Below, one piece after another: positions 25,855 to 34,186 of a stretch of 59,730 nt of DNA; position 1 is the stretch's first letter; each line of letters opens with the position of its first letter. The position numbers were made by a program, and so were the translations under genes. The notes below the pieces were generated by a model. It made no database searches, had not been told where the DNA came from, and saw only the letters and a program-made list of their open reading frames with translations. Source of the DNA: a virus. Its lineage: Duplodnaviria; Caudoviricetes. The stretch spans positions 1 through 59,730 of the IMG/VR virus record IMGVR_UViG_3300024520_000076. One strand, given 5' to 3'.

Positions 25855-27008
25855 TTAAAGAGCACTAGCTTGGATCAGCCCCATCTCTTTCCGTGCTCTT
25901 TAAATTAAAAGGATGGGGCTGATCATTGATCCCTGAATCTTGAATCCTGACTCATAGTCTAATAAGTATTCATGCAGGTCATTTGTCTTTTCATCATGCT
26001 CCCCAAGCATGAGGAAAAGCCAAATAGGGGTTATCATTTTTCAAGTCAGTGAAAAGACAAAGCGGGCTCTTAATCTCTTGAGGAGGGCATATATCCCGAT
26101 AGTTTTATTCTAGTGCCACGTCTAATAGATTATATATCCTCCTCAAGACCCGCTTTGTTTTTTCTAATTATAAGTTCATGTAGCTACGTCTTGGCTAAAG
26201 CCCCCCTGCTTCGCCGTTGTAAAAACAGGACAAGAATCACTATTCCACTCCCCCCTAATCAGGGGAAGTAAAACAGCTCCCTGTGTCCAGTTTTTTTAAA
26301 CAGCATACACCGTTCATTCGCACGAAGATTTTGTGCTCTAATCGACCTGCAAATTGTCGATAAGAGCAAAATCTTCAGCACTCAATCCCCGAAAATCACG
26401 TGTTTTTTATGTGTCGTGGAGACACAAAAAACATGTGCCCAAGCCCTTCGGGCCGAATTCCCTCTTCTCCTAGTCATCATAGATGACGAAGATTTTATGA
26501 CTGGTTCCAAAACCAAACGAGTTTGGTTTTGCTGAATTCACAAAATTTCATGGCTCCTCTCGAGCCGAAATTTTATGTTCTTTCAGATCAAAATCTTCCG
26601 TCGGGCGAGAAAATCCCTTGGTTTTTGGGGCTGTTGTCTATTCCTTTAAACGCTAGGGTAGTTCGTTACAACAAGGCAGGAATAGCCATTAGCAGCACTA
26701 AGGCTCCGCCCTTAGCACTGGAACTGAACGCCCCTTAACAAATTTTCTCTCACTCAACCATTTTTACAAGGGCTAACCGCCCCAGTAAAAATACGGCCTC
26801 GTTTCTTCGGGATTAATGAACTCGCTAAAGGGGGAGATTCCCCCGACTGCGGCGTGTCCTCCGTCGTTCTTGCGTTTGTTCCTGAGCCCCTTCTTTTCCA
26901 TTTTTCTGTCCTCCACGGAGTTATGGACAAAAAAAGTGAAAAAGAAGACAAACGCAATCGCTCCCTCGGCCAGTCCTCATCGGCTAAATCTCAGCAGGAT
27001 TCTCGCTT
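25855..27008 (+). ncRNA. Candidate large structured non-coding RNA (or folded ssDNA element) of unknown family
   Basis: More than 12 adjacent or nested stems, a pseudoknot and no credible ORF. A G-U pair at 26400/26434 weakly favours the + strand. Confidence 0.55.
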
Positions 27009-27096
27009 GAAAGAAAATTTAAATACTTTAGTTGAAGCAAGTTTAGATTCAACTTCTACAAATAATAACAACAATACTAAACATAAAATAAAATAT

Positions 27097-27567
27097 ATGG
27101 CTACACAAAATAGCAACAACCTATCTGGTAAGAACTTCAAAACTGAACTAGATCTTACCTTATTAACCGCAATAGCACACACTATTGTTAACCACGAAAC
27201 AGCCTGTCTTGAAAATATGGTAAGAATATCTAAAGGACACATATGGCTAACTGTTTTTAACTTCTTCAAAAGAGATAAAAGCGGAGTCGCAACTGTTGAT
27301 GAATATGAGAACACTCATTCAACTAGTTTCAATACAACCCAAGAACAAAGAGAAAACTTTGGTGACATCGTTATCAAAGACAAAAAAGGCAACCCTATGT
27401 GCAACAACAAAGGTGAACCTTGGACTATTGCCTCTGTATTCTGTGGTAATACTCAGGAACTTGGACTCGTAAGAACAGCAGAAGAAGACGTACCTGACTC
27501 TGATGATCTTATTAACAAACTCGAAGCCATAGCTAAAGCTAAAGAAGAACTTGCTTCAAAAGCATAA
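27097..27567 (+). CDS. Early hypothetical protein, first gene of A-rich operon
   Basis: ATG 27097 (MATQNS) after an A-rich leader. The upstream in-frame extension lies in the hairpin region. Confidence 0.75.
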   Translation: MATQNSNNLSGKNFKTELDLTLLTAIAHTIVNHETACLENMVRISKGHIWLTVFNFFKRDKSGVATVDEYENTHSTSFNTTQEQRENFGDIVIKDKKGNPMCNNKGEPWTIASVFCGNTQELGLVRTAEEDVPDSDDLINKLEAIAKAKEELASKA

Positions 27568-27579
27568 ACTAACACCAAC

Positions 27580-27613
27580 AAGGGGCTCACTGTTTAATTG
27601 CAGTGAGTCCCTT
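27580..27613 (+). other. Intergenic stem-loop, copy 1
   Basis: AAGGGGCTCACTG-N8-CAGTGAGTCCCTT, no U-tract. Confidence 0.75.
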
Positions 27614-27640
27614 AACTTAAACATTCAAAATATAACTACC

Positions 27641-27982
27641 ATGTACATTGACCAAACATCCAGCCTACTCATCGCACTTATCATAACAATAGGTGCTTCA
27701 CTATTAATAATAGAGCTCTTATGCGCAAAGAAAGCGCTAGCTCGTAGAGAAAAGGATTACAGTTCACTTCGAAAAGTCCACGAAAGGAATGATAAAACAA
27801 TCAGAAATCAAAGGAAAAAAGCACTAAGAAAATGGATTACTGAAGTAGAATTCATAGCTCCCACAAATAAATACATTCAATTTCTTGAATCAGGATCAAA
27901 AAATTCCTTAACCAAATGGCAAAAAGATGTATTCACAGAAGCACTCAACGAGGTTGAACAATGGGGTCATGATTGCAATTAA
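27641..27982 (+). CDS. Early single-TM protein
   Basis: MYIDQTSSLLIALIITIGASLLIIELLC, then a basic region. Confidence 0.65.
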   Translation: MYIDQTSSLLIALIITIGASLLIIELLCAKKALARREKDYSSLRKVHERNDKTIRNQRKKALRKWITEVEFIAPTNKYIQFLESGSKNSLTKWQKDVFTEALNEVEQWGHDCN

Positions 27983-27993
27983 CGAAAAATAAT

Positions 27994-28494
27994 ATGAGCC
28001 ATATTATTAAACCACTACTAACTGAATCATCTTGGCATAAAGCAACCATCAAATCAAAAAACAAAACTATGAAAAAAGAACTACCGCACTTCGAATTCAG
28101 ACACGAACAATACGGTCATGTTAACACGCCATTTACAATCTGGGCTGACCCCCACAATTTCATTGGCGCAACATGGGCAACCATAAAAGATACTGAGAAA
28201 CAAATCGCTTACAATGTACAGGAAGAAAGCTTTGTATATAATATAGCAGATCTCTACTTATCTTTACGCAGTATTACAAGATCAATACTACTTAAATATA
28301 AAGCACAAGGAGGAGCCCCATCACTACGATTAAGTACTAGTCACCTACTCAGAAAGCTACTAGCAAAACCAATCAAAGAAAGAATGGGCGATATATCAAG
28401 AGACATATATACACTCCGTAAATTCCACCATGTATATGAAGTACTTCAAATCTTAACAGAAGACGAACCTATTAAAGTTTCAACAAAGAAATAA
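27994..28494 (+). CDS. Early hypothetical protein
   Basis: ORF in operon. Alternative start at 28069 has the AAAACTATG context. Confidence 0.6.
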   Translation: MSHIIKPLLTESSWHKATIKSKNKTMKKELPHFEFRHEQYGHVNTPFTIWADPHNFIGATWATIKDTEKQIAYNVQEESFVYNIADLYLSLRSITRSILLKYKAQGGAPSLRLSTSHLLRKLLAKPIKERMGDISRDIYTLRKFHHVYEVLQILTEDEPIKVSTKK

Positions 28495-28499
28495 AAACT

Positions 28500-28844
28500 A
28501 TGACAAATCCAACTATTAAAAGACACTGGACTACAGAGCACTACCCAAACGCAGTACCCATTGATCTATGGGAACTGATACGGGCATTAACATATCAGAT
28601 GAATCTTATGAATGGAGTGCCGCCTGAAAAAAGGCTCACTCCAGAATCATTCCAAGAAAAAGTAGCTTACTACACACAAGCTGGAACTAAGCTGGATGCT
28701 TATCGATCATACTCAGATAAACAAGGCAGATATTGCATGACAGTAGGCATCCGTTGCAGCAATGAAGACTCTGACTACTACAGTCCCCATCTCACATCGG
28801 AAGTCGCATCAAAATTTGACCTCGATCCACTCAACAAAGACTAA
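28500..28844 (+). CDS. Early hypothetical protein
   Basis: 114 aa, ATAAAAACTATG start context. Confidence 0.7.
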   Translation: MTNPTIKRHWTTEHYPNAVPIDLWELIRALTYQMNLMNGVPPEKRLTPESFQEKVAYYTQAGTKLDAYRSYSDKQGRYCMTVGIRCSNEDSDYYSPHLTSEVASKFDLDPLNKD

Positions 28845-28874
28845 GAATGGAACATTCAAATAAACCCTTAACTG

Positions 28875-28908
28875 GAGGGACTCACTGTAATAACACAGTG
28901 AGTTCCTC
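28875..28908 (+). other. Intergenic stem-loop, copy 2
   Basis: GAGGGACTCACTGT-N6-ACAGTGAGTTCCTC. Confidence 0.75.
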
Positions 28909-29098
28909 ACATTCTCACTTAACCACGCCAAGAAAAAGAAATAGTGTATTTTCCTATCAGAAAATACAATTACAAATAAAAAACATAGAAGAATCAACAC
29001 CTCATTTGTATATGAATACTACATATGAGACTTTCCAAAACAAAACAAACAAAAAAAACAACCCCCCATACCAAAACTAAATAAAAACTAAAAAAACT

Positions 29099-30001
29099 AT
29101 GAAAAAAATAATACATATACTATTCGCTCCATTCAGAGCAATCAAAAACAGACTCCTTGGTTCAATCATCAAGCGAGCAAACATCACAAATAAAACTATA
29201 AGTAACACATTAGTAAATGATCTACCTAATTTTCAATACGACCTAGTACAAGAGGTAGCAGAGAAAATAGATATGGATGATATTATAGGTGGCCTTGATT
29301 ACTCAGCACTTGGCTATGAAGTAGACGAATGTGAACTAGCATCACACCTACACACCAGTGACATCGCCTATGAAATAACTAATAACCATCTATCAACATC
29401 AGAAGTTGCAGATGAAATAGATCTAGATCGACTTGCCTCTATTGTTAAAAAAGAAGTAGGAACAGATCTCGAAGCACTCGATTCAAGACTTGATGAAATA
29501 GATGCTAAGCAAGTTGATGACTCAAAATACAATGACCTTGTTAAAACAATCAAAAACCTCGAAGCATTCACACTTGCCATGCAAGACGAACATAAAGAAA
29601 ATTATGTCCGTCATACTAATAGATTCCATCATCAAGACGACGATCTAAATAGAATTGAAACGGAAATGGAAGAGAATCTTATCCGCTTAAACAAAGACAT
29701 GCATCAAGCACACCTTGAGCGCGGCAAACTGTATGAGAAAACAAATAAGTTTGTAAGCCGTCAATGGGTACTGGATGCCATTGAAGCAAGAGCAATCGAA
29801 ACAGATGAACGGATAGATACAACAATAGCTAACACAGATGCACTATATCAACCAGAGCTAAAAGGATACAGAGTTACATTCATGGATGACTTCGAAGCCA
29901 TCAATGAAGAAGAAGCATATGAAAAACTAATTCATTATTGTGAAGAGGTATGTAGGAACCAAGACGTAACAGCATTTAACTTCGAAGAAATAAATGAGTA
30001 A
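29099..30001 (+). CDS. Early acidic repeat/coiled-coil protein
   Basis: 300 aa with ~9-aa acidic repeats (IDMDDIIGG, LDYSALGYE, VDECELASH, LHTSDIAYE, LSTSEVADE, IDLDRLASI). Confidence 0.75.
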   Translation: MKKIIHILFAPFRAIKNRLLGSIIKRANITNKTISNTLVNDLPNFQYDLVQEVAEKIDMDDIIGGLDYSALGYEVDECELASHLHTSDIAYEITNNHLSTSEVADEIDLDRLASIVKKEVGTDLEALDSRLDEIDAKQVDDSKYNDLVKTIKNLEAFTLAMQDEHKENYVRHTNRFHHQDDDLNRIETEMEENLIRLNKDMHQAHLERGKLYEKTNKFVSRQWVLDAIEARAIETDERIDTTIANTDALYQPELKGYRVTFMDDFEAINEEEAYEKLIHYCEEVCRNQDVTAFNFEEINE

Positions 30002-30122
30002 TCAAACAAACAAAATTAAATGGAAAGTAAAGAACAACAGGAAAGAACAAGAGCAAGATTAGCCCGTAGAGGAATAATCTACTACACTAATTAACATATA
30101 AACCAAACAAGAAAGAAACCAA

Positions 30123-30608
30123 ATGAGTAAACTAAAACATCTAAACCTATGGACACATCCTCAGAATTATATGGGGACAACATGGGAAGACTACTATGTA
30201 TTCCTATCACAGACTAGAGACAGTGACGCACTGGAACGATCCAACTTTATCAAAGGATTGGAAGCAATAGGAGGTGAAGACCCTGAAATGGTAGTCACAG
30301 CAGGAGCAAACCATTGGGCTTATGGATGGTTGGATACTATCTACATCCATAAAGATGCCCATGCTACCCTACAAAAAGCAGATGAAATAATGGAGGAATT
30401 AAATAACTATCCTGTAGTAGACGAAGAACATTACTGCGAACTGGAGCACGAAGAAGCAACAGGAGTATGGAAAGACTGCTATGATCCGAAAGAAAGGATA
30501 GAGTTCTACCGAAAGCACGAGCCTCAGTGGTATTCATATAAAGATCTACTCCAAAGTGTGCGAATAGGTGACACATTCTGGGGTTGTGCAAGTGACCTAC
30601 TCACCTAA
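30123..30608 (+). CDS. Conserved early phage protein
   Basis: RDSDALERSNF...HWAYGW...YPVVDEEHY. Confidence 0.75.
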   Translation: MSKLKHLNLWTHPQNYMGTTWEDYYVFLSQTRDSDALERSNFIKGLEAIGGEDPEMVVTAGANHWAYGWLDTIYIHKDAHATLQKADEIMEELNNYPVVDEEHYCELEHEEATGVWKDCYDPKERIEFYRKHEPQWYSYKDLLQSVRIGDTFWGCASDLLT

Positions 30609-30629
30609 TAAACTAAACAAATAAAAACT

Positions 30630-30893
30630 ATGATAGATATCAATACATTATTCCAAGAGTTATCACCAGAACAAGAGCAATCATTCCGCAAATGGGCACG
30701 AGAAAACTACAAAGCTCTCGAACACATTAAAGATATATGGCATCCATCAGTACGTGATGAATGTAATAAGATAAACAATGAGTTACTAGCTAACTACGAA
30801 CAGAGACTTGCTGACAGTGGAGATGATCTAACTGAACCAACACGCCAGCAACTAGAGGATAAAATAGAATATATAAAAGACCAATTAGTATAA
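30630..30893 (+). CDS. Early hypothetical protein
   Basis: LSPEQEQSFRKWARENY...WHPSVRDEC, with A-rich leader. Confidence 0.7.
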   Translation: MIDINTLFQELSPEQEQSFRKWARENYKALEHIKDIWHPSVRDECNKINNELLANYEQRLADSGDDLTEPTRQQLEDKIEYIKDQLV

Positions 30894-30911
30894 TCCAAAC
30901 AAATAAAGACT

Positions 30912-31193
30912 ATGATAACAGAACTAAATAAATATAAAACAAGCGTTGCTATACAGATGAGCCCTAAAGATGATCAAAATAACAGATCATGGATGGCATC
31001 AGCATACGATAATAAATACAGCCACATGGGAGACGTAGCTACTATCTCATTAAGTACAATCCCAGAGCATCCATCGCCAAGGGAACGAGAAGAGATATTC
31101 AACTACCTATATGAATCCTGTTGTGAAGAGCATCCAACAGCAGACCATATAATCATTGAACAAGTACAGGAAACACAAGAGAAAGGAGAATAA
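30912..31193 (+). CDS. Early hypothetical protein
   Basis: 93 aa, AAAGACTATG context. Confidence 0.65.
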   Translation: MITELNKYKTSVAIQMSPKDDQNNRSWMASAYDNKYSHMGDVATISLSTIPEHPSPREREEIFNYLYESCCEEHPTADHIIIEQVQETQEKGE

Positions 31194-31194
31194 A

Positions 31195-31566
31195 ATGGGA
31201 CTCGACCAATACGCATACAAAGTAAAACGTGAATACAACAGGCATTCGAAAACTGAAACAATAACCAAAGTAGAAATTGCATACTGGAGAAAACACAATG
31301 CACTCGAAGGATACATGTGTGATCTCTTCCATAGCAAAGGAGGAGACGGAGAGTTTAATTGTAGAACACTACCATTAAACAACGACGACCTCGAAAATCT
31401 AGATAAAGCAATAAACAATAAAGGGCTACCAGAAACAGATGGATGCTTCTTCGGAGAAGACACAAGTAAAGATGAAGAATGTAAAGCACTGGATAAGTTA
31501 TTCATCGACGATGCAAAGAAAGCATTAGGAGATGGATGGGAAATTGAATACACCTCATGGTGGTAA
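31195..31566 (+). CDS. Conserved early phage protein (MGLD...YWRK...SWW type)
   Basis: MGLDQYAY...EIAYWRKHNALEGYM...GCFFG...YTSWW. Confidence 0.8.
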   Translation: MGLDQYAYKVKREYNRHSKTETITKVEIAYWRKHNALEGYMCDLFHSKGGDGEFNCRTLPLNNDDLENLDKAINNKGLPETDGCFFGEDTSKDEECKALDKLFIDDAKKALGDGWEIEYTSWW

Positions 31567-31570
31567 CATA

Positions 31571-31798
31571 ATGAAAATAAAACAAAGACAAAACAAATTA
31601 AAAGACTTCTACCGAGATGCAATCCTAAATGAAAGTAACAAAAAAGAACGGATAATAGCACTCGACTTCCTCATTAATGACTACATTGAAAGCAACCTAG
31701 CGTTAGAAGAATTCGGAGGAGATGATGACTCAGCATTAGAAGAACTAGAAATCCTAGCTGAAGATTTTCTAGGATACAAAAGAAATAAATCAGAATGA
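31571..31798 (+). CDS. Early hypothetical protein
   Basis: Acidic helical ORF, start at 31571. Confidence 0.6.
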   Translation: MKIKQRQNKLKDFYRDAILNESNKKERIIALDFLINDYIESNLALEEFGGDDDSALEELEILAEDFLGYKRNKSE

Positions 31799-32229
31799 AA
31801 ACAGAACAACAAACTATGACCGACCCAAAAATGATAAGCCTCTATTCAAATAAAGTATTATTAAGTAGACTTAAACTAGAAATAAAAGGTATGACTCCAT
31901 CAGGAACAACAGCCTACGCTAGAATTAAAAAACAATTCGGGCTCAAAGGAAACAAAGAAAAAGTACATCAAAAATTAAAAGAGATACTTGATCAAACAGA
32001 AGATGACCTACTGAATAAAAAAGAAGTACTAGCAAGAGATCTCAAAGTAGGAGATCTAGCTATCTTCAACGGCATCATACCAGAAAAAATATTAGAGATA
32101 CATCCTTACGGAACATCCTTCCACTCACTAATATTCGTAACAGACCAAACAGATTCTCGTAACGGCCAACCTTGGCAAGCAGTCAAGCTGGATAAAATAA
32201 CAACCATTACGAAAAACCAAACTAAATAA
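31795..32229 (+). CDS. Early hypothetical protein
   Basis: LKLEIKGM...AYARIKKQFGLKGNK, then an SH3-like ARDLKVGD segment. Confidence 0.7.
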   Translation: MKTEQQTMTDPKMISLYSNKVLLSRLKLEIKGMTPSGTTAYARIKKQFGLKGNKEKVHQKLKEILDQTEDDLLNKKEVLARDLKVGDLAIFNGIIPEKILEIHPYGTSFHSLIFVTDQTDSRNGQPWQAVKLDKITTITKNQTK

Positions 32230-32250
32230 ACTAAACTAAAAATAAATACT

Positions 32251-33402
32251 ATGTCACACGAAATTGAACACACAGATACAGTCATCTCGACTAAGAAAGA
32301 ATGGCACGGACTAGAAATAATCAAAGAGGAACTCCATCCTACGATTGTAGATAGTGACCACCGCAATGTATACTTTGATATACATGAAGGCACTGCGTAT
32401 GCAGATGTTGATACAGATAAACGACAAGAGCTAGTTGATCTATCATCTACACAAGATGGTCTATCACACAGCGGAGTCATGGAACTACTAGGCACATGGT
32501 CTGAATGTCCTCATAATAAAATACTCACAAGAGAGTATGAGGGATTCAGATATGGCTTAGGTATTCCAACATCTAAATACAAATCCATTGAGAACATGAA
32601 GCTTGTCCAAGCAGTATGTAACTCACTGGATGATGAAGGTATCAAGTACACAATACAAACATTGGGTACACTGAAACAAGGTAAACTATTCTTCGCATCA
32701 ATAGAAATAGCTGATGATGCAGAGAGAGTTATCAATGGAGATAACTTCCAGTTCTATCTTAACCTACTACAATCACATGATGGTTCATATGCAATGACCA
32801 TGTTTGATTCAAACATGAGAGTCGTATGCTCCAACACATTCAAAGCATCATTAAATCAACAAGGTGATCTAGCTATCAAGATAAAGAAAACATCTAATGC
32901 AGAACTTCGATTAGAAGAAGCAGGTAGGACAGTTGCTAATATCTATAAAGGTAGAGATCAATTTGTATATATGATGAAACGCTTCGCTGAAGTTGCATGT
33001 GATACAAAGAAAGCAGAACAACTTATCTCTGCATACAAAGGTATTGATATGGATACTAATACTATATTATCAACAAGGGCATTCAACCAAGTTGTAGATA
33101 TATCACACCTCCACGAAAATGGTATAGGTAACAAAGGAGAAACATTATATGATCTCTTCAATGCAGTTACTGAGTACTACACCAGTGGAAATGGAACAGG
33201 CCATGACAATGGCACAGCCGACCGATCATGGAAGAAATACACATCAAGTGAATTCGGTGGAGGCGCAGATGCCAAAGCAGGATTCGCTACATGGTTAGTT
33301 AAAGTAATAGACGACACCTCACTCCATGCAGAAGCAGAGAAAGGTAGACAACTACTCGAAACTAAAAAAGTAACTACACTAAATAAGCTTATTAAAGCCT
33401 AA
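32251..33402 (+). CDS. DUF932/DUF945-like protein
   Basis: WHGL, YLNLLQSHDGS, RVVCSNT, TLYDLFNAVTEYYT. Confidence 0.85.
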   Translation: MSHEIEHTDTVISTKKEWHGLEIIKEELHPTIVDSDHRNVYFDIHEGTAYADVDTDKRQELVDLSSTQDGLSHSGVMELLGTWSECPHNKILTREYEGFRYGLGIPTSKYKSIENMKLVQAVCNSLDDEGIKYTIQTLGTLKQGKLFFASIEIADDAERVINGDNFQFYLNLLQSHDGSYAMTMFDSNMRVVCSNTFKASLNQQGDLAIKIKKTSNAELRLEEAGRTVANIYKGRDQFVYMMKRFAEVACDTKKAEQLISAYKGIDMDTNTILSTRAFNQVVDISHLHENGIGNKGETLYDLFNAVTEYYTSGNGTGHDNGTADRSWKKYTSSEFGGGADAKAGFATWLVKVIDDTSLHAEAEKGRQLLETKKVTTLNKLIKA

Positions 33403-33482
33403 TGATAGCAGTTATAACATGGGCAATAGTATGGATACTCATAGCCTTAGTAGTATATATTATAACTGAAGAAACAAAATAA
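33402..33482 (+). CDS. 26-aa membrane peptide (not in ORF track)
   Basis: MIAVITWAIVWILIALVVYIITEETK, coupled by TAATG. Confidence 0.5.
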   Translation: MIAVITWAIVWILIALVVYIITEETK

Positions 33483-33521
33483 AAACAAGGGGGTGAAAGT
33501 CCCCCACATCTTAAATATAAC

Positions 33522-33836
33522 ATGTTAGTAGATATATCAGCAAATGAAGGGTACAAACTCATCAAAGATTGTGACGTAGCAAAAGGGTGGAAACAATACG
33601 CTATTGAATTCCTTTTCAATCATCTATACGACCAAACATCAAATGATTGTATAGATTTAATAGGAGCATTAGTTACTTGGAGTCACTACACATCAACAAT
33701 GGAAATCATGCAGAACTATAAAAAATGGGAAGATGTAATAGATAGATCTGTATCATTTAAAACATGGGCTGATCATGATGATCCAGAAATTGATAAAGAC
33801 GGATACAAAATAGAATACCTTGTACCAGATTATTAA
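33522..33836 (+). CDS. Early hypothetical protein, last gene of A-rich operon
   Basis: 104 aa, acidic, followed by a terminator. Confidence 0.65.
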   Translation: MLVDISANEGYKLIKDCDVAKGWKQYAIEFLFNHLYDQTSNDCIDLIGALVTWSHYTSTMEIMQNYKKWEDVIDRSVSFKTWADHDDPEIDKDGYKIEYLVPDY

Positions 33837-33855
33837 AACTAAAGCGTACAAAAGG

Positions 33856-33889
33856 ATACCTACTAGAATAAAAACTAGTAGGTATTTTT
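33856..33889 (+). terminator. Intrinsic terminator ending the A-rich operon
   Basis: ATACCTACTAG-N7-CTAGTAGGTAT followed by TTTTT. Confidence 0.75.
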
Positions 33890-33950
33890 ATGCTAACCTA
33901 AAGAGAAGTCAGGCTCGCAAGCTCGCTTTGGTTTTGGAGGGCGGGCAACA

Positions 33951-34047
33951 GCCATCTGAGATTTAAATCCAAGCATCTGTCTAATTTTTGGACCCCCCGC
34001 CTTTCAGGCATCTGAGATTTGGGCGGCGCTTTCAGGCATCTGAGACT
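33951..34047 (+). repeat. Iteron-like CATCTG(AGA) repeats
   Basis: CTTTCAGGCATCTGAGA at 34001-34017 and 34029-34045. Partial copies at 33951 and 33973. Confidence 0.8.
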
Positions 34048-34186
34048 TGCGCCCTGATCCCTGACTCCTGACTCCTCTCCCATAGGAGTTGCCGAAGTGC
34101 GCCTAAAAAAACACACTCTATAAAAATAGGGTTTTGGTACTCTAACGAGGCATGAATCGCGAAAAAACTTGCATTCCTGAACCATA

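Noticed and set aside
25915-26740. tmRNA or tRNA suggested by GGGGCTG starts at ~25915 and ~26627
   Set aside because: No T-arm (GTTCRA) or acceptor/CCA end, and both GGGGC segments pair locally.
24918-27010. Short ORFs in the non-coding region (24918, 25365, 25519, 26523, 26754, 26816)
   Set aside because: They overlap repeats and stems, have atypical composition and lack start context.
26854-27096. N-terminal 81-aa extension of the 237-aa ORF
   Set aside because: It runs through long hairpins and an A-rich leader. ATG 27097 matches the start context of the other early genes.
28847-29080. 77-aa ORF in the early operon
   Set aside because: It spans the conserved hairpin and low-complexity A-tracts, so it is probably intergenic sequence that is open by chance.
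33488-33506. FMN riboswitch suggested by GGGGTGAAAGTCCCC
   Set aside because: Only one isolated hairpin. The rest of the aptamer and any riboflavin gene are absent.
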